From NCBI GenBank assembly GCA_045645805.1, contig JAZRJL010000013.1, positions 4,582 through 68,581 of the forward strand: 64,000 bases of DNA. Reading direction: 5' to 3'. The DNA is from Clostridia bacterium. Lineage in GTDB: Bacteria; Bacillota; Clostridia; Monoglobales; Monoglobaceae. The stretch's first letter is position 1. Each line of letters opens with the position of its first letter. The position numbers and the translations under genes were made by a program. Positions 18,373 to 26,356 of the stretch are shown piece by piece. The notes below the pieces were generated by a model. It searched no databases. It was given only the letters and a program-made list of their open reading frames with translations, and was not told the origin of the DNA.

Positions 18373-19067
18373 AAATCCATTACGATTTACATATACATTC
18401 CTGTCTGTCACCTTGCGGTGATGAGGATATGACGCCAAACAATATAGTCAATATGTCCTGCCTTTTGGGACTTGAAATGATTGCAGTTGCTGACCACAAT
18501 ACTGCGGCAAATGTCCGTGCAGTATGCAAGGCGGCAGAGGGGAAAATTACGGTTGTTCCGGCAATTGAGGTGACTACGGCGGAGGAGGTACATACCCTTT
18601 GCTACTTTCCGGATATTGATGCTGCAGAGGATATGGGTGGATATTTGAAAAGACATATGATGGGGATAAAAAACAAGCCCGAAATATTTGGAAGACAGCT
18701 TATTATGAATTCAAACGATGAAATTGTGGGCGAGGAAACTGAACTTCTGGTAAGTGCGGTTGACCTTGATATATACAAGGTGCAAAAAGCTGTTGTTGAA
18801 AGGGGCGGGATTTTTGTTCCGGCACATATAAACCGCAGCGGTTACAGCCTTTTGGCAAACCTTGGTTTTCTGCCCCCTGATTTGCCTGTTGACGGTATTG
18901 AGATAAGTGAAAGCGGGCTTGAAAAGTACTATGATGAATACGAAAAATACGGGGTAATAACCAATTCAGATGCACATTATCTTGAAAATATATCTGAACC
19001 AATACGATGTTTTGACAAAGAGGGTAAAAAAGCACAAAAAATTTATGAATTTTTGTCTAATTTTTAG
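18369..19067 (+). CDS. PHP-domain metal-dependent phosphoesterase
   Basis: The MKIHYDLHIHSCLSPCGD His motif is present. The ATG overlaps the upstream stop (ATATGA). GGAG lies 9 nt upstream. Confidence 0.8.
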   Translation: MKIHYDLHIHSCLSPCGDEDMTPNNIVNMSCLLGLEMIAVADHNTAANVRAVCKAAEGKITVVPAIEVTTAEEVHTLCYFPDIDAAEDMGGYLKRHMMGIKNKPEIFGRQLIMNSNDEIVGEETELLVSAVDLDIYKVQKAVVERGGIFVPAHINRSGYSLLANLGFLPPDLPVDGIEISESGLEKYYDEYEKYGVITNSDAHYLENISEPIRCFDKEGKKAQKIYEFLSNF

Positions 19068-19108
19068 AAGACAAAATTCCTCAAAATATAGATTTTTAGA
19101 CTTAAATT

Positions 19109-19177
19109 TGATATAATTGTTAATGCGTGCGAGTATGTCATAAAATTAACAAACTTTATTTATAGGCAGCTTGTTAA
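19109..19177 (+). promoter_or_regulatory. Extended -10 promoter plus three TTGTTAA/TTAACAA heptamers (Rex-like half-sites) upstream of hydC
   Basis: TGATATAAT lies at 19109-19117. TTGTTAA is at 19117-19123, TTAACAA at 19146-19152 and TTGTTAA at 19171-19177. Confidence 0.4.
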
Positions 19178-19256
19178 TTTTAGCTCGTGCAAAAAAAGAG
19201 TTTTAGAGTCTGTTTGAGGCTCTGAAGTATAAAAAGCTTAGGAGGTTTTGTTACAA

Positions 19257-19748
19257 ATGGAAAAAAAGACAATTCCATTTAATGGGACAAAGGAACAGGA
19301 AGAACAGCTTATGGCTGTTATTGCAGAGCACAAATCTCAGGATGGTGCTGTAATCCCCGTGCTTCACAAAGCTCAGGAGATTTACGGTTATCTTCCGATC
19401 GAGGTTCAGGAAATGATTTCCGAGGGTCTTGATGTGCCTCTGGCTGAAATTTATGGTATTGTTACATTTTACACACAGTTCTCGCTCAATCCAAAGGGCA
19501 AGTATCACATCGGTGTATGTCTTGGTACAGCTTGCTATGTTAAGGGCTCGGGCGATATCTTAGACAAGATTAAAGAAATTCTTGGAATTGAAGTTGGCGA
19601 ATGTACTCCGGATGGTCTTTTCTCAATCGAGGCTACACGTTGCATCGGTGCCTGTGGTCTTGCACCTGTACTTACAGTAAATGATGATGTTTACGGTAGA
19701 CTGGTTGTTGATGACGTTCCGGGTATTCTTGCAAAATATCAGCAGTAA
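19257..19748 (+). CDS. hydC: NuoE-like [2Fe-2S] subunit of NADH-dependent [FeFe]-hydrogenase
   Basis: It has the Cys pattern CLGTACYVKG...CIGACGLAP. ATG 19257 lies downstream of AGGAGG (19240-19245). Confidence 0.9.
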   Translation: MEKKTIPFNGTKEQEEQLMAVIAEHKSQDGAVIPVLHKAQEIYGYLPIEVQEMISEGLDVPLAEIYGIVTFYTQFSLNPKGKYHIGVCLGTACYVKGSGDILDKIKEILGIEVGECTPDGLFSIEATRCIGACGLAPVLTVNDDVYGRLVVDDVPGILAKYQQ

Positions 19749-19750
19749 TT

Positions 19751-20296
19751 ATGAGAGAGATTGCACTTCATATTCTGGATATTACTCAGAATTCTGTTGC
19801 AGCAAAGGCGGAAAATGTCAGTATTGATGTTTTGGAGGATACCAAGGCAGATACTCTTACGGTGTGTATTACGGATGACGGCTCGGGTATGTCACCTGAA
19901 TTTTTAAGTCAGGTTACCGACCCGTTTACCACAAAACGTACCACCCGCAAGGTTGGACTTGGGATCCCGCTAATTAAGCTTGCAGCCGAAAATACCGGAG
20001 GCAGATTTGACATACGGTCAGAACTCGGCAAAGGTACTTCTCTTAAGGCGGTTTTCGGACTTACTCATATTGACCGTCAACCACTTGGAAATATGGCCGA
20101 GACGATGCTTGGTCTGATTACCGGGAACGAGGACGTGAATTTTGTTTATACTCATCGTATTGACGAAAAGGAATTCGTCCTTGATACAAAGCAGCTTAAA
20201 GAGATCCTGGGAGATGTTCCGTTTTCTAATAACGAGGTATACTTGTGGCTTTCTGAATATCTTTCAGAGGGTGAAGGCGAGCTTATTGAAAAATAA
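19751..20296 (+). CDS. Histidine-kinase-like ATPase domain protein (no DHp/receiver domain)
   Basis: HILDITQNSVAAKA, DDGSGM and GLGIPL motifs are present. The gene is embedded between hydC and the ferredoxin gene. Confidence 0.75.
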   Translation: MREIALHILDITQNSVAAKAENVSIDVLEDTKADTLTVCITDDGSGMSPEFLSQVTDPFTTKRTTRKVGLGIPLIKLAAENTGGRFDIRSELGKGTSLKAVFGLTHIDRQPLGNMAETMLGLITGNEDVNFVYTHRIDEKEFVLDTKQLKEILGDVPFSNNEVYLWLSEYLSEGEGELIEK

Positions 20297-20315
20297 TAAT
20301 TGGAGGTTTTGAAAA

Positions 20316-20681
20316 ATGAAAAGTTTAGCAGAGCTTGAAGCTATAAGAAACAAGGCAAAAGGCAATGTTATTTTGAGAAAAGACGATAATGCCGTACGTG
20401 TTGTTGTAGGTATGGCTACCTGTGGTATTGCAGCAGGTGCAAGACCTGTTCTTGCAGCTATTATGGAAGAAGTTTCAAAAAGAAATCTTGAACACGTTGC
20501 AGTTACTCAGACCGGTTGTATCGGTGTTTGCCGTTTAGAACCAATTGTTGAGGTGATGGTTCCCGGTCAGGAAAAGGTTACCTATGTTAAGGTTGACCCC
20601 AAAAAGGCTGCCGAAATCGTAAACGAGCATATCGTTAACGGCAGAGTTGTTACAAAATATACAATCGGTGCAGAGCAGTAA
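20316..20681 (+). CDS. Thioredoxin-like [2Fe-2S] ferredoxin domain protein
   Basis: 121 aa with Cys residues in MATCGIAAG and GCIGVCRLEP. Confidence 0.8.
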   Translation: MKSLAELEAIRNKAKGNVILRKDDNAVRVVVGMATCGIAAGARPVLAAIMEEVSKRNLEHVAVTQTGCIGVCRLEPIVEVMVPGQEKVTYVKVDPKKAAEIVNEHIVNGRVVTKYTIGAEQ

Positions 20682-20731
20682 TTTCTGCCCCTATTTTAAA
20701 CCGATAAAAATGAAAGGATAGGTGTTAAGTT

Positions 20732-22525
20732 ATGGATATGGTCAGAGGTCATATTCTCTGCTGCGGCGGTACAGGTTGTACCTCATCCGGTTGTGATGCT
20801 ATCATTAAGGAAATGGAAGCGCAGCTTGCAGCAAATAATTTGGAAAAAGAATTTAAAGTAATTAAAACAGGTTGCTTCGGTCTTTGTGCGTTGGGGCCTA
20901 TTATGATTGTATATCCTGAGGGTGCTTTCTACAGCAGAGTTACTCCCGAGGATGTTAAAGAAATTGTTGAAGAACATCTTATGAAGGGAAGAATTGTTAA
21001 AAGACTTCTCTATGCTGAAACAGTTGAAGAAGACAATATCAAGAGCCTTAACGAGGTTGACTTCTACAAAAAGCAGATGCGTGTTGCGCTTCGCAACTGT
21101 GGTGTAATCAATCCTGAGGATATCGAAGAATATATCGGTATTGATGGTTATCAGGCACTTGGTAAGGTTCTTACCGAAATGACACCTCAGCAGGTTATTG
21201 ATGTAATTAAGGATTCAGGTCTTCGTGGCCGTGGCGGCGGCGGCTTCCCCACAGGTATGAAATGGCAGTTTACATACAATTCTCAGAACGACCAGAAGTA
21301 TGTTGCTTGTAATGCCGACGAGGGTGACCCTGGTGCATTTATGGACAGAAGTATCCTTGAAGGTGACCCCCATGCTGTTATCGAAGCAATGGCTATTGCA
21401 GGTTATGCAGTTGGTGCAAATCAGGGTTACATCTACATCCGTGCAGAATATCCCATTGCTGTTAAGCGTCTTGGTATTGCTATTGCTCAGGCAAGAGAAT
21501 ACGGACTTTTGGGTAAGAATATATTTGATTCAGGCTTTGATTTCGACCTTGAAATCCGTCTTGGTGCAGGTGCGTTTGTTTGTGGTGAGGAAACAGCTCT
21601 TATCACATCAATCGAAGGACACCGTGGCGAACCCCGTCCCCGTCCTCCGTTCCCTGCTGTTGCAGGCTTGTGGCAAAAGCCCACACTCCTTAACAACGTT
21701 GAAACCTATGCAAACATCACTCAGATTATCTTAAACGGTGCTGATTGGTTCAAGGGTATAGGTACTGAAAAGAGCAAGGGCACAAAGGTATTTGCTCTTG
21801 GTGGTAAGATTAACAATACAGGTCTTGTTGAAGTTCCTATGGGTACAACGCTCCGCGAAATTGTTGAAGAAATCGGCGGAGGTATCCCAAATGGCAAAAA
21901 GTTCAAGGCTGCACAGACCGGTGGTCCTTCAGGCGGATGTATTCCTGAGCACCTTATTGACACACCTATCGATTACGATTCACTTATGGCAATCGGTTCG
22001 ATGATGGGCTCAGGTGGTCTTATCGTTATGGACGAAGACAACTGTATGGTTGATATTGCTAAGTTCTTCCTTGAATTTACAGTTGATGAGTCCTGCGGTA
22101 AGTGTACACCGTGCCGTGTTGGTACAAAGAGACTTTATGAAATCTTAGAGAAGATTACTTCAGGTAATGGTACGATGGAAGACCTTGACAAGATGGAAGA
22201 ACTTTGTTACAGCATTAAAGCAACAGCTCTTTGTGGTCTCGGTCAGACAGCGCCCAACCCTGTTCTCAGTACTCTCAAGTATTTCCGTGACGAGTATGAA
22301 GCACACGTTCGTGACAAGGTTTGTCCTGCAGGCGTATGTAAAAAGCTTGTTAAGTATGAAATCGTTGCAGACAAGTGTAAAGGATGTAGCCTCTGTGCAA
22401 GAAAGTGCCCTGTTGGTGCAATTACAGGCGAGGTTAAATCACCCTTTACAATTGATTCAGATAAGTGCGTTAAGTGCGGTGTTTGTATGGATAACTGTAA
22501 GTTTGGCGCAATTATTAAGAAATAA
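20732..22525 (+). CDS. hydB: NuoF-like flavoprotein subunit of NADH-dependent [FeFe]-hydrogenase
   Basis: GLRGRGGGGFPTG is the FMN/NADH site. ESCGKCTPCR is the 4Fe-4S site. The C-terminus has 2x[4Fe-4S], CKGCSLCARKCP and CVKCGVCMDNC. Confidence 0.93.
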   Translation: MDMVRGHILCCGGTGCTSSGCDAIIKEMEAQLAANNLEKEFKVIKTGCFGLCALGPIMIVYPEGAFYSRVTPEDVKEIVEEHLMKGRIVKRLLYAETVEEDNIKSLNEVDFYKKQMRVALRNCGVINPEDIEEYIGIDGYQALGKVLTEMTPQQVIDVIKDSGLRGRGGGGFPTGMKWQFTYNSQNDQKYVACNADEGDPGAFMDRSILEGDPHAVIEAMAIAGYAVGANQGYIYIRAEYPIAVKRLGIAIAQAREYGLLGKNIFDSGFDFDLEIRLGAGAFVCGEETALITSIEGHRGEPRPRPPFPAVAGLWQKPTLLNNVETYANITQIILNGADWFKGIGTEKSKGTKVFALGGKINNTGLVEVPMGTTLREIVEEIGGGIPNGKKFKAAQTGGPSGGCIPEHLIDTPIDYDSLMAIGSMMGSGGLIVMDEDNCMVDIAKFFLEFTVDESCGKCTPCRVGTKRLYEILEKITSGNGTMEDLDKMEELCYSIKATALCGLGQTAPNPVLSTLKYFRDEYEAHVRDKVCPAGVCKKLVKYEIVADKCKGCSLCARKCPVGAITGEVKSPFTIDSDKCVKCGVCMDNCKFGAIIKK

Positions 22526-22546
22526 GGAAAGGGAGAGTGAATTGAC

Positions 22547-24286
22547 ATGGAAATGGTTAATATTAAAATAAACGGTCAGAGCCTTAGTGTTCCTGCAAAC
22601 TACACTATCTTAGAGGCTGCCCGCAGTGCAAATATCGAAATCCCTACCCTTTGCTATCTCAAGGATGTAAGCAAGACCGGTTCTTGCAGAATGTGTATAG
22701 TTGAGGTTGTAGGTGCAAGAAACCTTCAGGCTGCTTGCGTTTATCCTGTATCAGAGGGTATGGAGGTTCTTACAAACACACAAAAGGTTAGAGACGCAAG
22801 AAAAATCAATCTTGAACTTCTTCTCTCAAACCATGACCGCAAGTGCCTCACTTGTGCAAGAAATCAGAACTGTGAACTCCAAAAGCTTGCAGACGAGCTT
22901 GGTGTTACAGATATCACATACCAGGGTGAAAGAAACGAATATGATATCGATGAAGTTTCACCTTCAATCGTTCGTGACAACAACAAGTGCGTTCTTTGCC
23001 GTCGCTGTGTAAGTGCTTGTAAAACAATCCAGACTGTTTCTGTTATTGATGCAACAGAAAGAGGCTTTAAAACAACAATCGCATCACCCTTCAACAAGTC
23101 TCTTGGCGAAGTTCCCTGCGTAAACTGTGGTCAGTGTATTGTTGCCTGCCCCACAGGTGCACTTCGTGAAAAGGACAATACAGCTGATGTATGGGCTGCA
23201 ATCAACGACCCTGAAAAATACGTTGTTGTTCAGACAGCTCCTGCAGTAAGAGTTGGTCTTGGTGAAGAATTCGGTTATGAAATCGGTACACCTGTTACAG
23301 GCAAAATGGCTGCTGCCCTTAGAAGAATGGGCTTTGACGGCGTATTTGACACAGATACAGGTGCTGACCTTACAATTATGGAAGAAGGTACAGAGTTTAT
23401 CAACCGCCTCCAAAACGGTGGCAAGCTGCCCCTTATCACATCATGCAGCCCCGGTTGGATTAAGTTCTGTGAACACAACTTCCCTGACTTCCTTGAAAAT
23501 CTTTCAAGCTGTAAGTCGCCTCACCAGATGTTTGGTGCAATCCTCAAGACATACTATGCTGAAAAGATGGGCATTGACCCCAAGAAGATGTTTGTAGTTT
23601 CGGTTATGCCTTGTGTTGCTAAGAAGTTTGAGGCAGGTCGTCCTGAGATGGAGGTTGACAAGCTTCGTGACGTTGATGCAGTTATCTCAACACGTGAGCT
23701 TGCAAAGATGATTAAGCAGTCAGGTATTCTCTTCAACAAGCTTCCTGATGAGAAGTTTGACAACCCGTTTGAAGAAGCAAGCGGTGCAGGCGTTATCTTT
23801 GGCGCAACAGGTGGTGTTATGGAAGCCGCTCTTCGTACGGTTGTTGAGGTTCTTGAAGGCAAGTCATTTGATAATCTTGATTATGAAGCAGTAAGAGGTA
23901 CTGATGGTATCAAGGAAGCAACCCTTACAGTTGCAGGTACCGAGGTTAAGGTTGCTGTTGTAAACGGTCTTGGAAATGCAAGAAAGGTTCTTAACGATAT
24001 CCGTGCAGGCAAGGCAAACTATCACTTTATCGAAGTTATGGCATGCCCCGGCGGTTGTGTAACAGGAGGCGGACAGCCTATCGTTGATTCAGCGGTTCGT
24101 ATGGACGTTGATGTAAAGGCTAAGCGTGCTGCAGGTCTTTATGCTGAGGACAAGGCGTTGCCTGTTCGCAAGAGCCACGAGAACCCTGATATCAAGCTTT
24201 TGTATTCAGAATTCCTTGAAAAACCGGGCAGCCACAAGGCTCATGAATTGCTCCATACACATTATGAAGCAAGACCTAAGTTCTAA
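22547..24286 (+). CDS. hydA: [FeFe]-hydrogenase catalytic subunit (group A, multimeric NADH-dependent type)
   Basis: It has an N-terminal 2Fe-2S fold and 4Fe-4S motifs. The H-cluster motifs read TSCSPGW, MPCVAKKFE and EVMACPGGCVTGGGQP. Confidence 0.93.
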   Translation: MEMVNIKINGQSLSVPANYTILEAARSANIEIPTLCYLKDVSKTGSCRMCIVEVVGARNLQAACVYPVSEGMEVLTNTQKVRDARKINLELLLSNHDRKCLTCARNQNCELQKLADELGVTDITYQGERNEYDIDEVSPSIVRDNNKCVLCRRCVSACKTIQTVSVIDATERGFKTTIASPFNKSLGEVPCVNCGQCIVACPTGALREKDNTADVWAAINDPEKYVVVQTAPAVRVGLGEEFGYEIGTPVTGKMAAALRRMGFDGVFDTDTGADLTIMEEGTEFINRLQNGGKLPLITSCSPGWIKFCEHNFPDFLENLSSCKSPHQMFGAILKTYYAEKMGIDPKKMFVVSVMPCVAKKFEAGRPEMEVDKLRDVDAVISTRELAKMIKQSGILFNKLPDEKFDNPFEEASGAGVIFGATGGVMEAALRTVVEVLEGKSFDNLDYEAVRGTDGIKEATLTVAGTEVKVAVVNGLGNARKVLNDIRAGKANYHFIEVMACPGGCVTGGGQPIVDSAVRMDVDVKAKRAAGLYAEDKALPVRKSHENPDIKLLYSEFLEKPGSHKAHELLHTHYEARPKF

Positions 24287-24300
24287 TTTTAAAAATTTTT

Positions 24301-24335
24301 GGCGGAAATTCCTGATGGGATTTCCGCCAATTTTT
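24301..24335 (+). terminator. Rho-independent terminator after hydA
   Basis: GGCGGAAAT-10 nt-ATTTCCGCC followed by AATTTTT. Confidence 0.8.
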
Positions 24336-24364
24336 ATTTGATAACAAAAATTTCAAAAAAACAC

Positions 24365-24393
24365 TTGCAATAATTATTGGGATATGATATAAT
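24365..24393 (+). promoter_or_regulatory. Sigma-A promoter of tRNA-Leu
   Basis: TTGCAA (24365-24370), 17 nt, TGATATAAT with an extended -10 (TATAAT at 24388-24393). Confidence 0.65.
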
Positions 24394-24411
24394 AATTTGC
24401 GTTGAATAAAT

Positions 24412-24498
24412 GCCGGTGTGGTGGAATTGGCAGACGCGCTGGACTCAAAATCCTGTGGTAGCAATACCGTATCGGTTCGACCCCGATCACCGGCACCA
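24412..24498 (+). tRNA. tRNA-Leu (anticodon CAA), type II with long variable arm, encoded CCA
   Basis: Acceptor GCCGGTG pairs with CACCGGC. The anticodon loop is CTCAAAA. The variable arm is TGGTAGCAATACCGT. The T-arm is ATCGG-TTCGACC-CCGAT. The 3' end is ACCA. Confidence 0.9.
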
Positions 24499-24500
24499 GA

Positions 24501-24530
24501 AAAAGACTATTCTTCGGAATAGTCTTTTTT
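24501..24530 (+). terminator. Rho-independent terminator after tRNA-Leu
   Basis: AGACTATTC-TTCG-GAATAGTCT followed by TTTTT. Confidence 0.8.
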
Positions 24531-24535
24531 CAACG

Positions 24536-24794
24536 AAATAAATCCTTTCAGGATTTGTGAAATTCCCTTCGGGCGTGAAATATTGCTTGGCAATGTGAAA
24601 TACGCCTTAAGGCGTGTGATAAAAGGATTTATTTTATTTCACAGAAAGCGACAGCTTTCTATTTTACAATTTCTGCAAGAAATTATTTCATATTGAGCTT
24701 TAGCGAGATATTTCACTAAAATAAAAATATTCTTATGGTTCTGCTTTACCAAATAAACGACAATTTTCGATAGAAAGTTGTCGTTTTTGTTTTG
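24536..24794 (+). ncRNA. Candidate structured non-coding RNA (GTGAAAT repeat and hairpin array)
   Basis: Three exact GTGAAAT repeats are separated by different self-complementary mini-hairpins. A 13-bp long-range stem pairs 24536-24548 with 24622-24634. Two further hairpins and a strong terminator follow. There is no ORF. Expression is unverified. Confidence 0.3.
24756..24794 (+). terminator. Strong hairpin terminator closing the candidate ncRNA region
   Basis: AACGACAATTTTC-GATA-GAAAGTTGTCGTT (13 bp, one G-U pair) followed by TTTGTTTTG. Confidence 0.7.
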
Positions 24795-24873
24795 CTTATG
24801 AAAAGCTTATTTTTAATGTATCTATTGTGTTAAAAAATTTTTTCAAATTTATTAAAAAAATTTAAAAAAACTA

Positions 24874-24902
24874 TTGCAAAATGAGAAAAAATATAGTATT
24901 AT
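24874..24902 (+). promoter_or_regulatory. Candidate sigma-A promoter of the dcw operon (Pmra)
   Basis: TTGCAA (24874-24879), 17 nt, TATTAT (24897-24902). Confidence 0.55.
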
Positions 24903-24908
24903 AGAAGA

Positions 24909-24950
24909 AAGTGGAGCGAAGTGGAACGATTTCCCCATAAAGTGGAGCGA
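24909..24950 (+). promoter_or_regulatory. MraZ operator-like direct repeats
   Basis: AAGTGGAGCG, AAGTGGAACG and AAGTGGAGCG have GTGGA starting at 24911, 24921 and 24942 (10- and 21-nt phasing). They lie just downstream of the -10 element. Confidence 0.6.
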
Positions 24951-24980
24951 AAAAAGATATAGGCAAGGAGATGAAAACCG

Positions 24981-25406
24981 GTGCTTATAGGTGAATATTA
25001 TCACAATCTTGATACCAAAGGACGTGTGAGTATCCCATCAAAGTTCAGAGATGATCTGGGTGGGACTTTTGTGCTGTCCAAAGGTCTTGACAATTGCCTG
25101 TATGCATATTCTACCGCAGAGTGGGAGGGTTTTCAGCGTGACTTGCTTGAGCTTCGGGGCAAGGATGCACAAAAGGTTCGCCGTTTCTTTTTCAGCGGTG
25201 CTTCCGAGTGTGAAATTGATTCACAGGGACGTGTGGTTATACCGCCGGTTTTCAGAGAATATGCAAGCCTTAAAAAAGAGCTTGTGATTATCGGCAACTC
25301 AAACCGTGCTGAAATCTGGGACAAGGCTGCCTGGGAGGAATATATTTCCGACTCCTCGTTTGATTCTGAAGAAATTGCTGATGCTATGGAGCGACTTGGC
25401 TTATGA
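24981..25406 (+). CDS. mraZ: Transcriptional regulator MraZ
   Basis: GEYYHNLDTKGRVSIPSKFR and QGRVVIPP show the duplicated SpoVT/AbrB-like halves. GTG start. Confidence 0.93.
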   Translation: MLIGEYYHNLDTKGRVSIPSKFRDDLGGTFVLSKGLDNCLYAYSTAEWEGFQRDLLELRGKDAQKVRRFFFSGASECEIDSQGRVVIPPVFREYASLKKELVIIGNSNRAEIWDKAAWEEYISDSSFDSEEIADAMERLGL

Positions 25407-26338
25407 GCATAGAATTCAAACATATTTCGGTATTGCTTGAAGAAAGTGTAAATTTGCTTGAGGTAAAGCCTGACGGGATTTATGTTGACGGAACCTTGGG
25501 CGGTGGAGGTCATTCGGCCTTTATCTGCTCAAAGCTTTCGGACAATGGAAGTCTTATCGGGATTGACCGTGATATGACAGCAATTGATGCTGCAGGCAAA
25601 CGCCTTTCACAGTTTGGTAACAAGGTAACAATAGTTCATAATAACTTTGCAAACATAAAACAGGTTCTTTCTGAGCTTGATATAAAGGAAATAGACGGTG
25701 CAATTTTAGACCTTGGTGTTTCGTCGCCTCAGCTTGATACGGCTGAGAGGGGCTTCAGCTACAATATGGATGCACGACTTGATATGAGAATGAACCGTGA
25801 AGACAGCTTGAGTGCCTATGATGTGGTAAACACATATACCGAGGAACAGCTAAGCAAAATAATTTTTGAATACGGTGAGGAACGCTTTGCAAGGCAGGTG
25901 GCACGAAAGATTGTTGCAGCACGGGAAAAGATGCGCATAGAGACAACATTTCAGCTTGTGGATATAATAAAGACAGCTATACCTGCAAAGCTGCGTGACA
26001 AAAATCCGGCAATACGGACATTTCAAGCTATCAGAATTGAAGTTAACAAGGAACTTGAAATTCTTGAAAATGCCATAAAAGATTTTGTGGATGTGTTAAA
26101 ACCCGGTGGGGTTTTGTCGATTATTACATTCCATTCACTTGAGGACAGAATTGTAAAGCAAACCTTTCAAAGACTAAGCGAAGGTTGTACCTGCCCGAAA
26201 AACTTTCCGGTATGTGTATGCGGAAACAAGCCGGTGGTAAAGCTTATAAACCGTAAGCCCATTGTTTCGGGCAGTGCGGAGCTGGAAATGAATATTCGTG
26301 CTCACAGTGCAAAGCTGAGAGCAATTAAAAAAATATAA
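25403..26338 (+). CDS. rsmH: 16S rRNA (cytosine1402-N4)-methyltransferase
   Basis: HISVLLEE, DGTLGGGGHS and DLGVSSPQLD are present. Confidence 0.95.
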   Translation: MSIEFKHISVLLEESVNLLEVKPDGIYVDGTLGGGGHSAFICSKLSDNGSLIGIDRDMTAIDAAGKRLSQFGNKVTIVHNNFANIKQVLSELDIKEIDGAILDLGVSSPQLDTAERGFSYNMDARLDMRMNREDSLSAYDVVNTYTEEQLSKIIFEYGEERFARQVARKIVAAREKMRIETTFQLVDIIKTAIPAKLRDKNPAIRTFQAIRIEVNKELEILENAIKDFVDVLKPGGVLSIITFHSLEDRIVKQTFQRLSEGCTCPKNFPVCVCGNKPVVKLINRKPIVSGSAELEMNIRAHSAKLRAIKKI

Positions 26339-26356
26339 AAAGGAGGAGTTCTGAAA

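Noticed and set aside
24557-24622. GTGAAAT repeats with variable spacers considered as a mini-CRISPR array.
   Set aside because: The repeats are only 7 nt and the spacers 11-14 nt and self-complementary. No cas genes are in the window. It is reported instead as a candidate structured RNA.
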